In this document: positions 54,503 through 64,000 of the stretch, piece after piece
Position numbering within the stretch: the first letter of the stretch is position 1
How the letters are laid out: every line of letters starts with the position of its first letter
Source: a virus
Direction: 5' to 3' (one strand)
Length of the DNA stretch: 64,000 nucleotides
Virus record (IMG/VR): IMGVR_UViG_3300036860_000514
Location: 8,038-72,037 of that record
Notes under the pieces: generated by a model
The model's database searches: none
What the model was told of the DNA's origin: nothing
What the model saw: only the letters and a program-made list of their open reading frames with translations
Position numbers and translations under genes: made by a program

Positions 54503-57500
54503 ATGCCTGAGCAGCAGACGCAACGCGGGCAGGCGGTCACCCGGGCGAACTTCGATCAGCCGTTCGAAACCCTCCTCCTGCGTCTCGGCGTCCGGGGGCT
54601 CAATCTCCAGGACGAACTCGACGTCATCCCCCCCGATCAGCTCGCTCGCTTCACCAACGGCGAGCATGACGCCAACGGGGCGATTACCAGCCGGCCGGGG
54701 CAGACCTCGCTCGCCACCGGCGGCACCAAGCATCACAGCATGCGGATCCTCCGCGATCCGCAGACCGGCGCGCACACACGCATCTGGGGCACCGACACCG
54801 ACCTGCGGATCGGCCTGTCGGGCGCCCTCTCGGTCATCGACTCCGGCTACTCCGGCAATCCGCTCGCGCTGACGCCCGATCATCCCCCGCTCTCGGGTGA
54901 TCCCTGGATGTTCGTCGGCGATAGCGCACGGATGCGCAAAGTGCGGGCGGATGGCCTCGATCTGCCGATCGGTCTGCCGGCGCCTTCGGTGGCCGCGACC
55001 GCGGTCCTCGGCACCGAATATCGGCGCGGGGTCGCCGCCTTTGATTCGACCGATGGGACGCAGGCGGCGAACTGGACGGGGGTGGCTGGCAAAGATACGA
55101 CTGGCGTGGCCTCCGGCACCCCGACGGCGAGTGATGAGGCGAGCCCGGTCACCGCCAGCAACTGCGTCGCCTTCTTTACCGTGCCTGGCGGGATTACCAC
55201 GACGTATGACTCCTGGTGGGTGATCCCGATTACGCGTACGCTGGCGACGCTCTCGCCGGTCTCGGGCGCCGGCGATATTGCCGCCTCCGACGACGACATC
55301 CTGCATCTCTGGATGAAGGCGTCCCACCCGCACCTACTGCAAGAAGTGCGCGTCTATATCATCTGTTCCGCGAGCGTCGATCTCACGAAGATCCCGGGCA
55401 GCCCTGGCTCGACGAGTACCGATGCCTACGTCAAGAGCTTCCGCCGGAATGACTTCGCGATCTACGCGCAAGCGACCCAGCCGCAGGTCGATGCGGCCGC
55501 GACCGCTCGGCTGCAGGCGATCGACGATGACAAGCTCAAGGAGCGCAAAATCGACGACGATCGCGCGTCCTGGGAGGTGCCCCGCGCGGAGCGCGATCCG
55601 AACCGCGCGCGAGCCGTCCAAGCGCCTGCCGGCAGTCATCAGTGGATCGAGTTCGGCTCGATTGGGATCAGTTTGCGGCGCGGCGATTTCCAGCGCCTCG
55701 GGACGACCACCGGACGCGACTGGTCGACCGTGACGGGCGTGGCGATCTATCTGCGATCCGATATCACGACGGGCGACCGGCTCTTCCAAGTCAACTTCGA
55801 TGATCTGTACCTGACGGGCGGCTTTGGGCCCGACACGGTCGAGCCTGGCGCGCAGCAGCTCGATTGGCGGTACACCAACTATGACCCGCGGAGCGGCGCG
55901 GAGAGCAACGGCTCCCCGATCATGTCCACCTTCCTCGACAGCCGCCGCCAGTCGGTGACGGTCACACCAGCGGCCTTCGGGGATGCCGCGGTGCGTCAGC
56001 GGTTCTATCGGCGGGGTGGCAGCCTGATCGATAACTGGTTCTTCGAGGGGGTGAACAGCAGCGACGGGGGCGCCTTCGCCGACATCCTGGCCGACGACGG
56101 GATCAGTGCGGCCGGGACGCTCCCGATCGACCATTTCCAGCCTGTGCCCACGGTCAATGACGCCGGCACGACCGTCCTCGCGCAGCCTCTGCGAGCGCTC
56201 TGGGGGCCAATTGAGGGCATGCTCCTCGGTTGTGGCGATCCCTATCGACCGGGGCATCTCTATCACTCGAATCCGGATGAGCCCGATCACTGGTCCTCGT
56301 CGGGGAACGTCGAGGTCTGCTCCCCCGGCGAAGAGCTGATGAATGGGGGCATCTATGGCCACCAAGCCTTCGTCTTCAGCCGCGAGCGCTTGTACTTCGT
56401 CTATCCCAACCTCACGGGATCGACCGGGCTGACGACGACGGCGAGCCAGTGCAAGCGGGGCTTGGTGAGTTATTGGGCGTTCGCCGTCGGCGCCGGAGGG
56501 ATCTACTTCGTCGCGCAGGATGGCTTCTTCCAGACCAATGGCGGCCCCGAAGAGTGGCTCTCGAAAGACATCGACCGGCTCTTCAAAGGCAAGACGCGCT
56601 ACGGGCTGCTGCCGATTGACTTCGCCGCCGGCAGTGCGATCCGCGTCACCGTGTGGGAGAGCAAGGTCTACTTCGGGTACCAGGATACGAGTGGCGCGCG
56701 GCAGACCCTGATCTATTCGATTCTCAACAAGTACTGGCGGCATGCCACCTTTGGCAAGGCGCCCGATCTCTATCAGGGTGAGGAAGAGGATACCCTCGTC
56801 ATCGGGAGTCTGAATCAGGGCGCGAGCTACACGCATAGCGGCTTCTCGGATGCCGGTACGGCCATCGCCGTCACGCTGCGCACAGGGGTGGTCGACGCCG
56901 GCGCGCGGGAAGAGAAGCTCCTCGGCGATGAGATTCTCGATGCCGATCGCCAGGGCGAGACGCTCACGCTCGTCAACTACCTGAACGAGGAGAGCACGAC
57001 CAACCCGAACCAGTCGGCCGACTCGGGCACCGGCCGCCAGCGCTACATCTTCGATCCCTTCGGGGACACGCCCCAGCGCGCGCGATCGCTCTCCGTGGGG
57101 CTGCAGTGGTCCTCGAGCGTGGCGGCACCGGTCGTGTACCGCCTCGGCTTCAGTGCGGTGCCGCAGCCCGAGCTCACCGTCAACCGGGTGACGAGCTGGG
57201 ACGATCTCAGTCATGGCGATGAAGTGTGGCTCAGCGGCGTGACCTTCGACTGCGACACGGGCAACATCGCGAAGTCGATCCTCATCGAGCGCGATTACAA
57301 CGGCGTCCGCGACACGGTCGCCACACTCAGCGTGAACGCGAACGGCCGACACAAGCTCAGTTTTAGCTGGGCGGCGGTGCCCGCTCGCCAAGTGCGCGTC
57401 CGGCCCTCAGATGCCTGTAAGTTCTGGCTCCTCTACCGCGCCGATTGGATCTTCACGCCCGAGCCGCCGCGGATCGCCGCCTGGGATATTCACTTTGAGA

Positions 57501-58465
57501 ACGCGTGGGATCAGTACTACACGGGGCTCGATCTCTACTGCGATACCAGCAACCTCGTGAAACAGGTGGAAGTCTATGTCGACGAGACTCGCCTTAGTGA
57601 TCCCGCCACCGGACTCACCTACTTCCCCGTCCAAGCCAACGGGCGACGCGTCGTCCATCTCACGCTCCCGTGGGGACGTGGTCATGTGTTTCGGTTTCGC
57701 GCTGTCGATAGTAATCCTGGCCTTCTGTACAGCCACCGCTGGCATCTGGAGCCTGAGCCGTCTGAGCAAGCCAACTGGAACCAGAATTTCTCCGTCTACG
57801 GGACCCGAGCCGACAAGTACCTGAAGGCCGTCATCTTCGAATGCGATACCTTCGGGCAGAACAAATCCGTGGGGATCGAAGCCGACGGAGTCGTGGTCGA
57901 GACGCTCTCGGTCAATGCGAACGGTCGCAAGGTGGTGCAGAAAGCGCTCACGACCCAACAGCTCGGGCGTGTGTGGCGCGTCTTCCCGAGTGACGGGAAC
58001 CCTGGACGCGCCTATTCCATCCAGCCAATCTTTGACGAAGAGCCGTTCAAACTCCCTCGCTGGGAGACGCAGGAGACGAATCACGATTTGCCGGGATGGT
58101 TCCAACTTCTCTGGGGCCATGTCACGCACAAGTCGACGCAGGACCTCACGCTCCGCGTTGTGGCCCATTCGAATCAGACCGGGGGCACCGTGACGAAGGA
58201 CTACACGATTCCCCATTCGAATGGCGTGAAGCGGCGCAGTTTCGTCAGCTTCGAAGCGGGCAAGATGGTCCTGGTCAAATACCTCGTGACGAGCCCGGCC
58301 GACTTCCACCTCTATCGCGAAGAGACCGTGCTGCAGGTGCAGCCGTGGGGGAGCGATCGCGAGATCGAGGTCCATCCCTTCGGCGATGACGATCTCGACC
58401 CGACCCGGCCGATGAAAGCCTCCGTGCTCGCGGCGGCCGCGCCGGGTGGGAGCCTCGGAGATTAG
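54503..58465 (+). CDS. Large tail/head-closure protein (podovirus tail tubular B / P22 gp10-like)
   Basis: 1320 aa; GLN...PDQL..N...G.I..RPG start, LY.S.P..P..W propeller repeats. Confidence 0.6.
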   Translation: MPEQQTQRGQAVTRANFDQPFETLLLRLGVRGLNLQDELDVIPPDQLARFTNGEHDANGAITSRPGQTSLATGGTKHHSMRILRDPQTGAHTRIWGTDTDLRIGLSGALSVIDSGYSGNPLALTPDHPPLSGDPWMFVGDSARMRKVRADGLDLPIGLPAPSVAATAVLGTEYRRGVAAFDSTDGTQAANWTGVAGKDTTGVASGTPTASDEASPVTASNCVAFFTVPGGITTTYDSWWVIPITRTLATLSPVSGAGDIAASDDDILHLWMKASHPHLLQEVRVYIICSASVDLTKIPGSPGSTSTDAYVKSFRRNDFAIYAQATQPQVDAAATARLQAIDDDKLKERKIDDDRASWEVPRAERDPNRARAVQAPAGSHQWIEFGSIGISLRRGDFQRLGTTTGRDWSTVTGVAIYLRSDITTGDRLFQVNFDDLYLTGGFGPDTVEPGAQQLDWRYTNYDPRSGAESNGSPIMSTFLDSRRQSVTVTPAAFGDAAVRQRFYRRGGSLIDNWFFEGVNSSDGGAFADILADDGISAAGTLPIDHFQPVPTVNDAGTTVLAQPLRALWGPIEGMLLGCGDPYRPGHLYHSNPDEPDHWSSSGNVEVCSPGEELMNGGIYGHQAFVFSRERLYFVYPNLTGSTGLTTTASQCKRGLVSYWAFAVGAGGIYFVAQDGFFQTNGGPEEWLSKDIDRLFKGKTRYGLLPIDFAAGSAIRVTVWESKVYFGYQDTSGARQTLIYSILNKYWRHATFGKAPDLYQGEEEDTLVIGSLNQGASYTHSGFSDAGTAIAVTLRTGVVDAGAREEKLLGDEILDADRQGETLTLVNYLNEESTTNPNQSADSGTGRQRYIFDPFGDTPQRARSLSVGLQWSSSVAAPVVYRLGFSAVPQPELTVNRVTSWDDLSHGDEVWLSGVTFDCDTGNIAKSILIERDYNGVRDTVATLSVNANGRHKLSFSWAAVPARQVRVRPSDACKFWLLYRADWIFTPEPPRIAAWDIHFENAWDQYYTGLDLYCDTSNLVKQVEVYVDETRLSDPATGLTYFPVQANGRRVVHLTLPWGRGHVFRFRAVDSNPGLLYSHRWHLEPEPSEQANWNQNFSVYGTRADKYLKAVIFECDTFGQNKSVGIEADGVVVETLSVNANGRKVVQKALTTQQLGRVWRVFPSDGNPGRAYSIQPIFDEEPFKLPRWETQETNHDLPGWFQLLWGHVTHKSTQDLTLRVVAHSNQTGGTVTKDYTIPHSNGVKRRSFVSFEAGKMVLVKYLVTSPADFHLYREETVLQVQPWGSDREIEVHPFGDDDLDPTRPMKASVLAAAAPGGSLGD

Positions 58466-58468
58466 CCG

Positions 58469-59107
58469 ATGGCGTCCACGCGGCGTATCTATCCGCACGT
58501 CGACGCGATCTCCGATTGGGCGAGTGCGGCGACCATCCGTCTCCTCTGGGACCGCATTCACGCCCTCGAGAGTCAAATTACACCGGCCGCTCCGGCGGCC
58601 GCGCCCGCGACGGTGCTGGCGACGACCTCGATCACGCTCGGCGGAACGGGGGGTGGAGGCGGAGCCGCCGAAGTGATCTACGCCACAACGGACATCACCG
58701 AGGCAGATTTCGAGAATAACATCGGGATCACCAACATCATTAAGAGGTTTCCAGATACACCTGGGCCAGGAAAAACCATTGTCCCAATTGAGATGTATCT
58801 GCAGTACATCGTGAGCGTCGCCTACTCAAGCGCTGGAGCAATAAATCTGAGACATGGAAATGGGGTCACGGTTGGGGATAATCTGTTACAAGCCAACCTT
58901 TCCGCTGGATTCAATACGGTGACCACTCGGAGATTCTTACGAACCTTCTCGCTCTCGATCCTTGGAGATATCCCCAACACGGATAACATGGGCATCGAGC
59001 TCGTTTGGGCCACCGCTCCAACGGGAGCGGCAACGGGCGTGGCGGCTGGTCGGGTCTCCTACACGTATATGCTGGTCGACTCGTATCCTGGGGTCGATGC
59101 CCCATGA
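58469..59107 (+). CDS. Tail-associated protein with low-GC C-terminal domain
   Basis: Late operon; PGPGKTIVP. Confidence 0.6.
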   Translation: MASTRRIYPHVDAISDWASAATIRLLWDRIHALESQITPAAPAAAPATVLATTSITLGGTGGGGGAAEVIYATTDITEADFENNIGITNIIKRFPDTPGPGKTIVPIEMYLQYIVSVAYSSAGAINLRHGNGVTVGDNLLQANLSAGFNTVTTRRFLRTFSLSILGDIPNTDNMGIELVWATAPTGAATGVAAGRVSYTYMLVDSYPGVDAP

Positions 59108-59144
59108 ATTGCCGTGTGCGTGAGCGTGGAGGTAGAATGGCGCG

Positions 59145-59525
59145 ATGATCGTCCGTGAGCTGCCCTTCGAGGAATGGAGCGCGGTGAGCGGGATCGAGCC
59201 CTACCGGACGGGAGGCCTCCCAGCGTCCGACGAGCACTGGAAGATCTTCGTCGCCGAAGAAGGGGGTCACATCGTCGGCTGCGTCGCGCTGCATACTGAA
59301 GTGCATTTTGATCCCTGGTGGCTCAGTCCGGGAGCCCATCCCGGCGTGGTGCGCGGCTTGCTCCGCGAGACGATCGAGTTGCTCCGGAGCAAGGCGATCG
59401 ACCACGTCTTCTGCACGATTGGCGAGGCGCATCAGATTAGTCAGCGCGCCGCCTCGCATCTCGGCTTCACCCCCGCGCCCGGGCAACTCTACCTACTGAA
59501 CGTCGATCAGCTTCAGGAGTTCTGA
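59145..59525 (+). CDS. GNAT-like acetyltransferase
   Basis: MIVREL, FVAEEGGHIVG, LGF; typical position before ejection proteins. Confidence 0.65.
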   Translation: MIVRELPFEEWSAVSGIEPYRTGGLPASDEHWKIFVAEEGGHIVGCVALHTEVHFDPWWLSPGAHPGVVRGLLRETIELLRSKAIDHVFCTIGEAHQISQRAASHLGFTPAPGQLYLLNVDQLQEF

Positions 59526-59527
59526 TC

Positions 59528-60205
59528 ATGGGCTTCCTCGCACCGGCGGTCCCATGGCTCGTCAAAGGCGGCGCGGCACTCGCTGGGGGACTGCTCGGAC
59601 GCAAGGCCCAGAGCTCCGCGATGCAGCGCTCCCCCGAGGAGCGGCAGGCCCTCGCCGGCGCGCAGGGGGTCGCGACCAATCTCCAGCAGACGGGCGGGGG
59701 CCTCATTCAACAGGGTCAGCAGACGCTCGCCCAGCCGACGAACTATTGGTCTCGTCTCCTCGGGGGCAACCGGGCGTCGATGGCGCAGGCCACAGCCGCC
59801 CCGCGTGCGGCCATCAGTGACGTCTACACGGGGGCCGAGCGGAATCTCGAGCGCTCCGGCGTCCGAGGGGCTGCGCGGGATGTGGCGTCTGCGGAGCTGG
59901 GGCGGGAGCGTGCCGGGAAGATCGCGGGGCTCACGACGGGCGTGCAGCCAGGGGCCGCGGCGCAGCTCGGTGAGATCGGCTCGGAGTACCTCGGGCGTGG
60001 GGCGCCGATGCTCGGGCAAGCCGGCAGTATCTATTCGAGTCTCTTGGGCCAGGGCCAGTACAACCGCATGTACGGGCGCGAGCAGGGGCAGCAGGCGGGC
60101 ACGCAGATCGGCGGGCTGATCTTCGATATCCTCAACGGGACGATCGGCGAGAAGTTCGGGAAGAAACAGGCCCCGAATCTCCCCAACATGTACGTCGGGT
60201 TCTGA
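59528..60205 (+). CDS. DNA ejection/pilot protein
   Basis: Hydrophobic Gly/Ala N-terminus, Gln/Gly-rich. Confidence 0.6.
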   Translation: MGFLAPAVPWLVKGGAALAGGLLGRKAQSSAMQRSPEERQALAGAQGVATNLQQTGGGLIQQGQQTLAQPTNYWSRLLGGNRASMAQATAAPRAAISDVYTGAERNLERSGVRGAARDVASAELGRERAGKIAGLTTGVQPGAAAQLGEIGSEYLGRGAPMLGQAGSIYSSLLGQGQYNRMYGREQGQQAGTQIGGLIFDILNGTIGEKFGKKQAPNLPNMYVGF

Positions 60206-60206
60206 G

Positions 60207-61874
60207 ATGGCGTGGCTCGAAGGCATGCTCGGCGGCTTCTCCGCGCGCAAGGCGGAGGTCGAGGCGGAGAATCTTCGGCGCTCCGAGCAGGCCTCCGAGC
60301 GGGAAGGCCGTATCTTCGAGGCACTGCTCGCCTCGCCCGATCCGGACATTCAGGCGCTGGCCACCACGGGCCTGCTCGAGTCGGCCCGGCCGAAGTCTCG
60401 CGCGAAGGGGTTACGCGGCTGGCTCGGGGAACTTGAGCAGTCGCCGATCCTCGGCCAACTGCAATCGTTGATGCGGCAACCGGTCGAAGTCGCGCCGGCG
60501 CAGGAAGCGCGACTCCCGAGTCGACATCTGCAGCCTGTCGTCCAAGCGGCGGCTGTTCCGCCGTCGATGACGCAGGAGACGCCAACCTCCGCCGCCCTCC
60601 CGGCGCAGGCGCTCACCGAACCCGGCGCCTCCGTCGCAAAGATCGGAACGGCGCCTCCGCCCCCGCCACCCGGCACGCCGCTCTACACACCGACGGAACC
60701 TGGACAGGTGGCCCGCCCACCCGTCTTCGGCGCCCGCCGTCTCTTCCCTACCCAGGAGGAGCAGATCTATCGCTCCACGATTGCCAAGGAACAGGCCGAG
60801 GTCGAAGGCGACGTCGCGGGCCTCGTGGCGGCCGGCATTCCGCGACCAGAGGCGCTGCAGATCATTAAGGAGCAGCGCCTGCGCAAGGCACGCGGGGGTG
60901 TGGAGTTCCAGTCAATCCCCGGCCAGATGCCCGACGGGACACCGGCCTTTGGCGTCTTCGATCGGCAACTCGGGGTGTATGTGCACCCGCAGACCCACCA
61001 GCCCCTCACTGGCTTCCAGCCACGCACCACCACCGGATCCGTCTCACTCGGGGCCTACTACGAGCAGGCCGCCCGTGCGCTCGGGTATCAGTCAGGGGCC
61101 TTGGTCCCCGTCGAGGCGCGGCCCCAGGTCGAGGCGAAGGCGAACGAACTCGCGCAGGGGCAGTCCTACGCGCGAGGCGTCGGCGCGGGGCAAGCCCGGA
61201 TTCAGACCGAACGCAGCATGCCGATCGGCCCGACCGCGGCGTCGCACTATAACGTCAGCCCCGCGACCACGATTGCCGATCTCGAGCAGATGGGCGTCGT
61301 CGGCCTCGATCAAACACAAAAGGATCGGATCTTCGCGCTCGGGCAAGTCGACATCTTGATTGATCGGATGGATCAACTCATCCCCCAGGTCTTCCCGGAG
61401 GTCGAGCCGGGCGTCAAGGGGGCGCTCAAAACGGCCTTCACGCTCGGATGGAAACGCTTCTCGCGCGATGTCGACTTGGCCCAACTCGACGCGACCATCA
61501 ACGCGGCGCTCGCCCAGATGGTGCAGCTCACGGGACAACCGAGCAGCCGGATCTCCGATAAGGACATCGAACTCGCTCGGTCGATCGTCGGGCGGATCAC
61601 CCCAGCCTTCTACGGGGGTGACACGCTCCAGACGGCGCAGGCGAAGATGACGGTCGTGCACGATCTGCTGAACAAGGCGCGCTCGAGCGTGCCGACCACG
61701 CCGCCCACGCGCCCTACCGCGCCTGGGGCCCCGCCCCCCGGCCCCGCACCAAGACCACCGAGACCGACGGGTACGCCCCAACCGCCGCAAGCCGGCGGAG
61801 GCGCCGGGCCGACGGGCTACACGGTCGACCTCAACACAGGCGAACTCAAGCTCAATGGGGTCGTGCAGCGATAA
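60207..61874 (+). CDS. Putative ejection (internal virion) protein
   Basis: W..G.LGG start, SDKDIE motif, position. Confidence 0.6.
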   Translation: MAWLEGMLGGFSARKAEVEAENLRRSEQASEREGRIFEALLASPDPDIQALATTGLLESARPKSRAKGLRGWLGELEQSPILGQLQSLMRQPVEVAPAQEARLPSRHLQPVVQAAAVPPSMTQETPTSAALPAQALTEPGASVAKIGTAPPPPPPGTPLYTPTEPGQVARPPVFGARRLFPTQEEQIYRSTIAKEQAEVEGDVAGLVAAGIPRPEALQIIKEQRLRKARGGVEFQSIPGQMPDGTPAFGVFDRQLGVYVHPQTHQPLTGFQPRTTTGSVSLGAYYEQAARALGYQSGALVPVEARPQVEAKANELAQGQSYARGVGAGQARIQTERSMPIGPTAASHYNVSPATTIADLEQMGVVGLDQTQKDRIFALGQVDILIDRMDQLIPQVFPEVEPGVKGALKTAFTLGWKRFSRDVDLAQLDATINAALAQMVQLTGQPSSRISDKDIELARSIVGRITPAFYGGDTLQTAQAKMTVVHDLLNKARSSVPTTPPTRPTAPGAPPPGPAPRPPRPTGTPQPPQAGGGAGPTGYTVDLNTGELKLNGVVQR

Positions 61875-61891
61875 GGGTAGAGTCAAGGTAA

Positions 61892-64000
61892 ATGCCTCCA
61901 CAGGAACCTCTCCCGGGCGGCGGTGAGCGGCCGGCGACCTGGGAAGACCTCATCCAGTTCGAAGCGCGGAAGGCGAAGGTTCCGCCAGCGCTCGCGCTCG
62001 AGGTCGCGCGCCAGGAATCGCTCTTCAATCCGGAGGCGGTCAGCCCCAAGGGAGCTCGGGGCCTCTTCCAGTTGATGCCGGCGACCGCCCAGGAGCTCGG
62101 GGTCGACCCTGCCGATCCGGTGCAGAACATCCGTGGCGGGGTGACCTATCTCCGTCAGCAGCTCGAGAAGTACCAGGGCGATGTCCCGAAGGCGCTCGCA
62201 GCGTACAACTTCGGCCCCGGCAACGTCGATCAGGGCCTGCCGTATCCGGAGGAAACTCGGCGGTACATCGCCCGGATTACCTCGCGTTTGGGAGGCGGAC
62301 AGCCTAGACCGCAGCCCGGACCGCAGCCTGTCTCGACGCGCGTCGCGCAGCCACCACCGCAGGCCCCAGAGCCCGGCTTCTGGCAGACGATGACCTCCGG
62401 CTTCGATCTCTCGACCCGGGCGGGTCGGCGCAACCTGATGGGCGCCGTTGGGGCGGCCTCGGGAGGCCTCATCGCGACCGGGGTTGGTGTGCCGGCAGGC
62501 GTCGGCGTGGGCGCGTCTGCGCTGCTCGGGGCCACCCTCCTCGGAGGTGGGCAGGAAGCATGGGAGAGCCTCACCGAATCGCTCGTCGGGGCGCCTCCGC
62601 CCTCTGGCTATGCTTCCACGGCGGCTGAGCGGATCCCCAATGCGATGTGGGAGCAGGGCGTCTACGAGTTCCTGGGACAGACCTTCATGTGGCCGCTCAA
62701 GGCCGCCGGGCGACGACTCCTCGCGACCCCAGTCGGGAAGCAGGCGAGTGAAGCGCTCAGCCGATCCAAAGATGCCGTGGTGCAGCAGATGGGCGAGGCC
62801 CTCACCACGGCCCGACGTGCGCTTCGAGATGCCCGGGAAGCCGCCTCGCGGGCCGTAGAAGGCGCGCGGACCGCCGGTGAGCCAGGGGTATCAGCAGCCA
62901 AAGAGACCCTGCGCCAGACACGCGCAGCCGGCGCGGAGGCCGTCGCAGGCGCGCGCACGGATATCGCCGGACAGATCGAACGAGCGAGGGCGACTGGTGA
63001 GGCAGGTATCTCAGCGGCCGAACAGGAGGCCGCCCGCCGCACCGGGGCGGTCCAGGAGCGCTTCGGACGGATCGGCGCCCCACCGCCGCCCTCAGAGGCT
63101 GGACGGCGCGCTCGGGCCATCATCGAAGGTCCCGCGAAGCAGGCACGCGACGAAGTGGGGCAGATGGTCGACCAAGCCGCGGAGGCTGGACCGCCGGTCG
63201 ACATCACGGCGCTCAAGGATGAGGCCCGTCGCATCCTCGCGGAGGAGATTCGCCCGCCGGCAACCGCGTTTCCGCGTGCTGGCCAGGAGGCCCCTGAACT
63301 GATGCACCCGGGGGTTAGCCTTGCCAACATGCCCCCCGGGCCGCAGGCCGATGCCGTCCGTGCCGCGATGCAGCAGGTGGAAGATCAGGCCGCCACCGAA
63401 CTCCTCCAGCACCCGGCGATGCGGACGATCGGGCGCATTCTGAACGCCGAGGATACGGTCCCCTTCGCTGCCGCTCATCAGTTCAAACGGGACCTGGACG
63501 AGGCGATTGGCACGGCCTGGGAGCAATCCGTCCGCAAGCGCGTCACCAATATCACGAAGACGCTGCGCGGGACACTCCGGGAGTCGCTTCGTGGCTATGC
63601 GCCGTATGACCAGGCGACAGCCGCCTATCAGGCCATCGCGCCGCTCTACACGAAGGGCCTCGCCCCTCGACTCCGTCGGGTAGCCGTGAACGATCCCGGT
63701 GCGGTCGTGCATCTGCTCTCGCCTCGCCGGCCCGAGGAAGCTCGGATGCTCCGGGATCTGCTCGTCGCGCAGCCCGCCGCCGTTGGGCAGCGCCCAGCCG
63801 GGCAAGCGGCCTGGGATAGCGTCCGCTCCGCCTGGACCTACGAGAAGCTGATCAAGCCGGCGAAGCTCGGGAACCTCGAGGCGATGATCGGCAAACTCGA
63901 TCCCGACTTCGACCAGGTGATCTTCGGCGATGGGGTCGGGGCCCAGATCAAAGAGAACCTGATCCAGATCGATCGCGCCTTCCACCACGCGACCGAGTCG
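61892..64000 (+). CDS. Virion lytic transglycosylase (SLT) fused to large ejection protein (3' end off window)
   Basis: Manual translation: RQESLFNPEAVSPKGARGLFQLMP..A...NIRGGVTYL...ALAAYNFGPG...ETRRY; then a hydrophobic Gly-rich segment. Confidence 0.9.
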   Translation, partial: MPPQEPLPGGGERPATWEDLIQFEARKAKVPPALALEVARQESLFNPEAVSPKGARGLFQLMPATAQELGVDPADPVQNIRGGVTYLRQQLEKYQGDVPKALAAYNFGPGNVDQGLPYPEETRRYIARITSRLGGGQPRPQPGPQPVSTRVAQPPPQAPEPGFWQTMTSGFDLSTRAGRRNLMGAVGAASGGLIATGVGVPAGVGVGASALLGATLLGGGQEAWESLTESLVGAPPPSGYASTAAERIPNAMWEQGVYEFLGQTFMWPLKAAGRRLLATPVGKQASEALSRSKDAVVQQMGEALTTARRALRDAREAASRAVEGARTAGEPGVSAAKETLRQTRAAGAEAVAGARTDIAGQIERARATGEAGISAAEQEAARRTGAVQERFGRIGAPPPPSEAGRRARAIIEGPAKQARDEVGQMVDQAAEAGPPVDITALKDEARRILAEEIRPPATAFPRAGQEAPELMHPGVSLANMPPGPQADAVRAAMQQVEDQAATELLQHPAMRTIGRILNAEDTVPFAAAHQFKRDLDEAIGTAWEQSVRKRVTNITKTLRGTLRESLRGYAPYDQATAAYQAIAPLYTKGLAPRLRRVAVNDPGAVVHLLSPRRPEEARMLRDLLVAQPAAVGQRPAGQAAWDSVRSAWTYEKLIKPAKLGNLEAMIGKLDPDFDQVIFGDGVGAQIKENLIQIDRAFHHATES

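Larger units (their letters stand above)
1..64000. mobile_element. Temperate tailed bacteriophage genome (partial; podovirus-like), probably excised/attP form
   Basis: Terminase, portal, capsid, ejection/SLT genes, integrase + attP, cI/cro-like switch; no host housekeeping genes seen in the window. Confidence 0.95.

Noticed and set aside
55334-58576. 685-aa and 389-aa minus-strand ORFs
   Set aside because: Antisense shadows of the 1320-aa tail gene

Overview
The whole 64 kb window reads as most of one GC-rich temperate tailed-phage genome. It is probably podovirus-like: it has a P22-type portal and ejection proteins, and no tape-measure or tail-tube gene is visible. An intact attP next to the integrase suggests the excised or virion form. 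Layout: (i) 1-10.5 kb, leftward cluster of four glycosyltransferases and four methyltransferases with SLOG, DUF6165, ParB-like and cold-shock genes; (ii) 11-18.6 kb, recombination genes (SSB-like, Sak4/AAA_24-like, Cas4-like exonuclease) interrupted by an xis-cro-cI-integrase-attP cassette, with attP being the 3' half of tRNA-Arg(CCG); (iii) AAA_25 replication ATPase and an iteron-rich putative origin; (iv) a vWA / YadA-anchor-like / B-lectin-propeller trio and a long leftward array of small early genes ending in SpoVG-like and DUF932 genes; (v) a divergent control region containing a dif-like XerCD site; (vi) 31-64 kb, rightward late operon: terminase, lysis, portal, seven small basic proteins with similar C-termini, scaffold, capsid, adaptors, fibres, tail protein, GNAT, ejection proteins and an SLT. 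The most notable observations are the glycosylation/methylation cluster, an integrase lacking its second catalytic Arg together with a dif-like site, the GG(R/K)R-tailed peptide array, and a capsid protein with a hydrophobic N-terminal leader. All family calls come from motif recognition by eye; no database searches were run.
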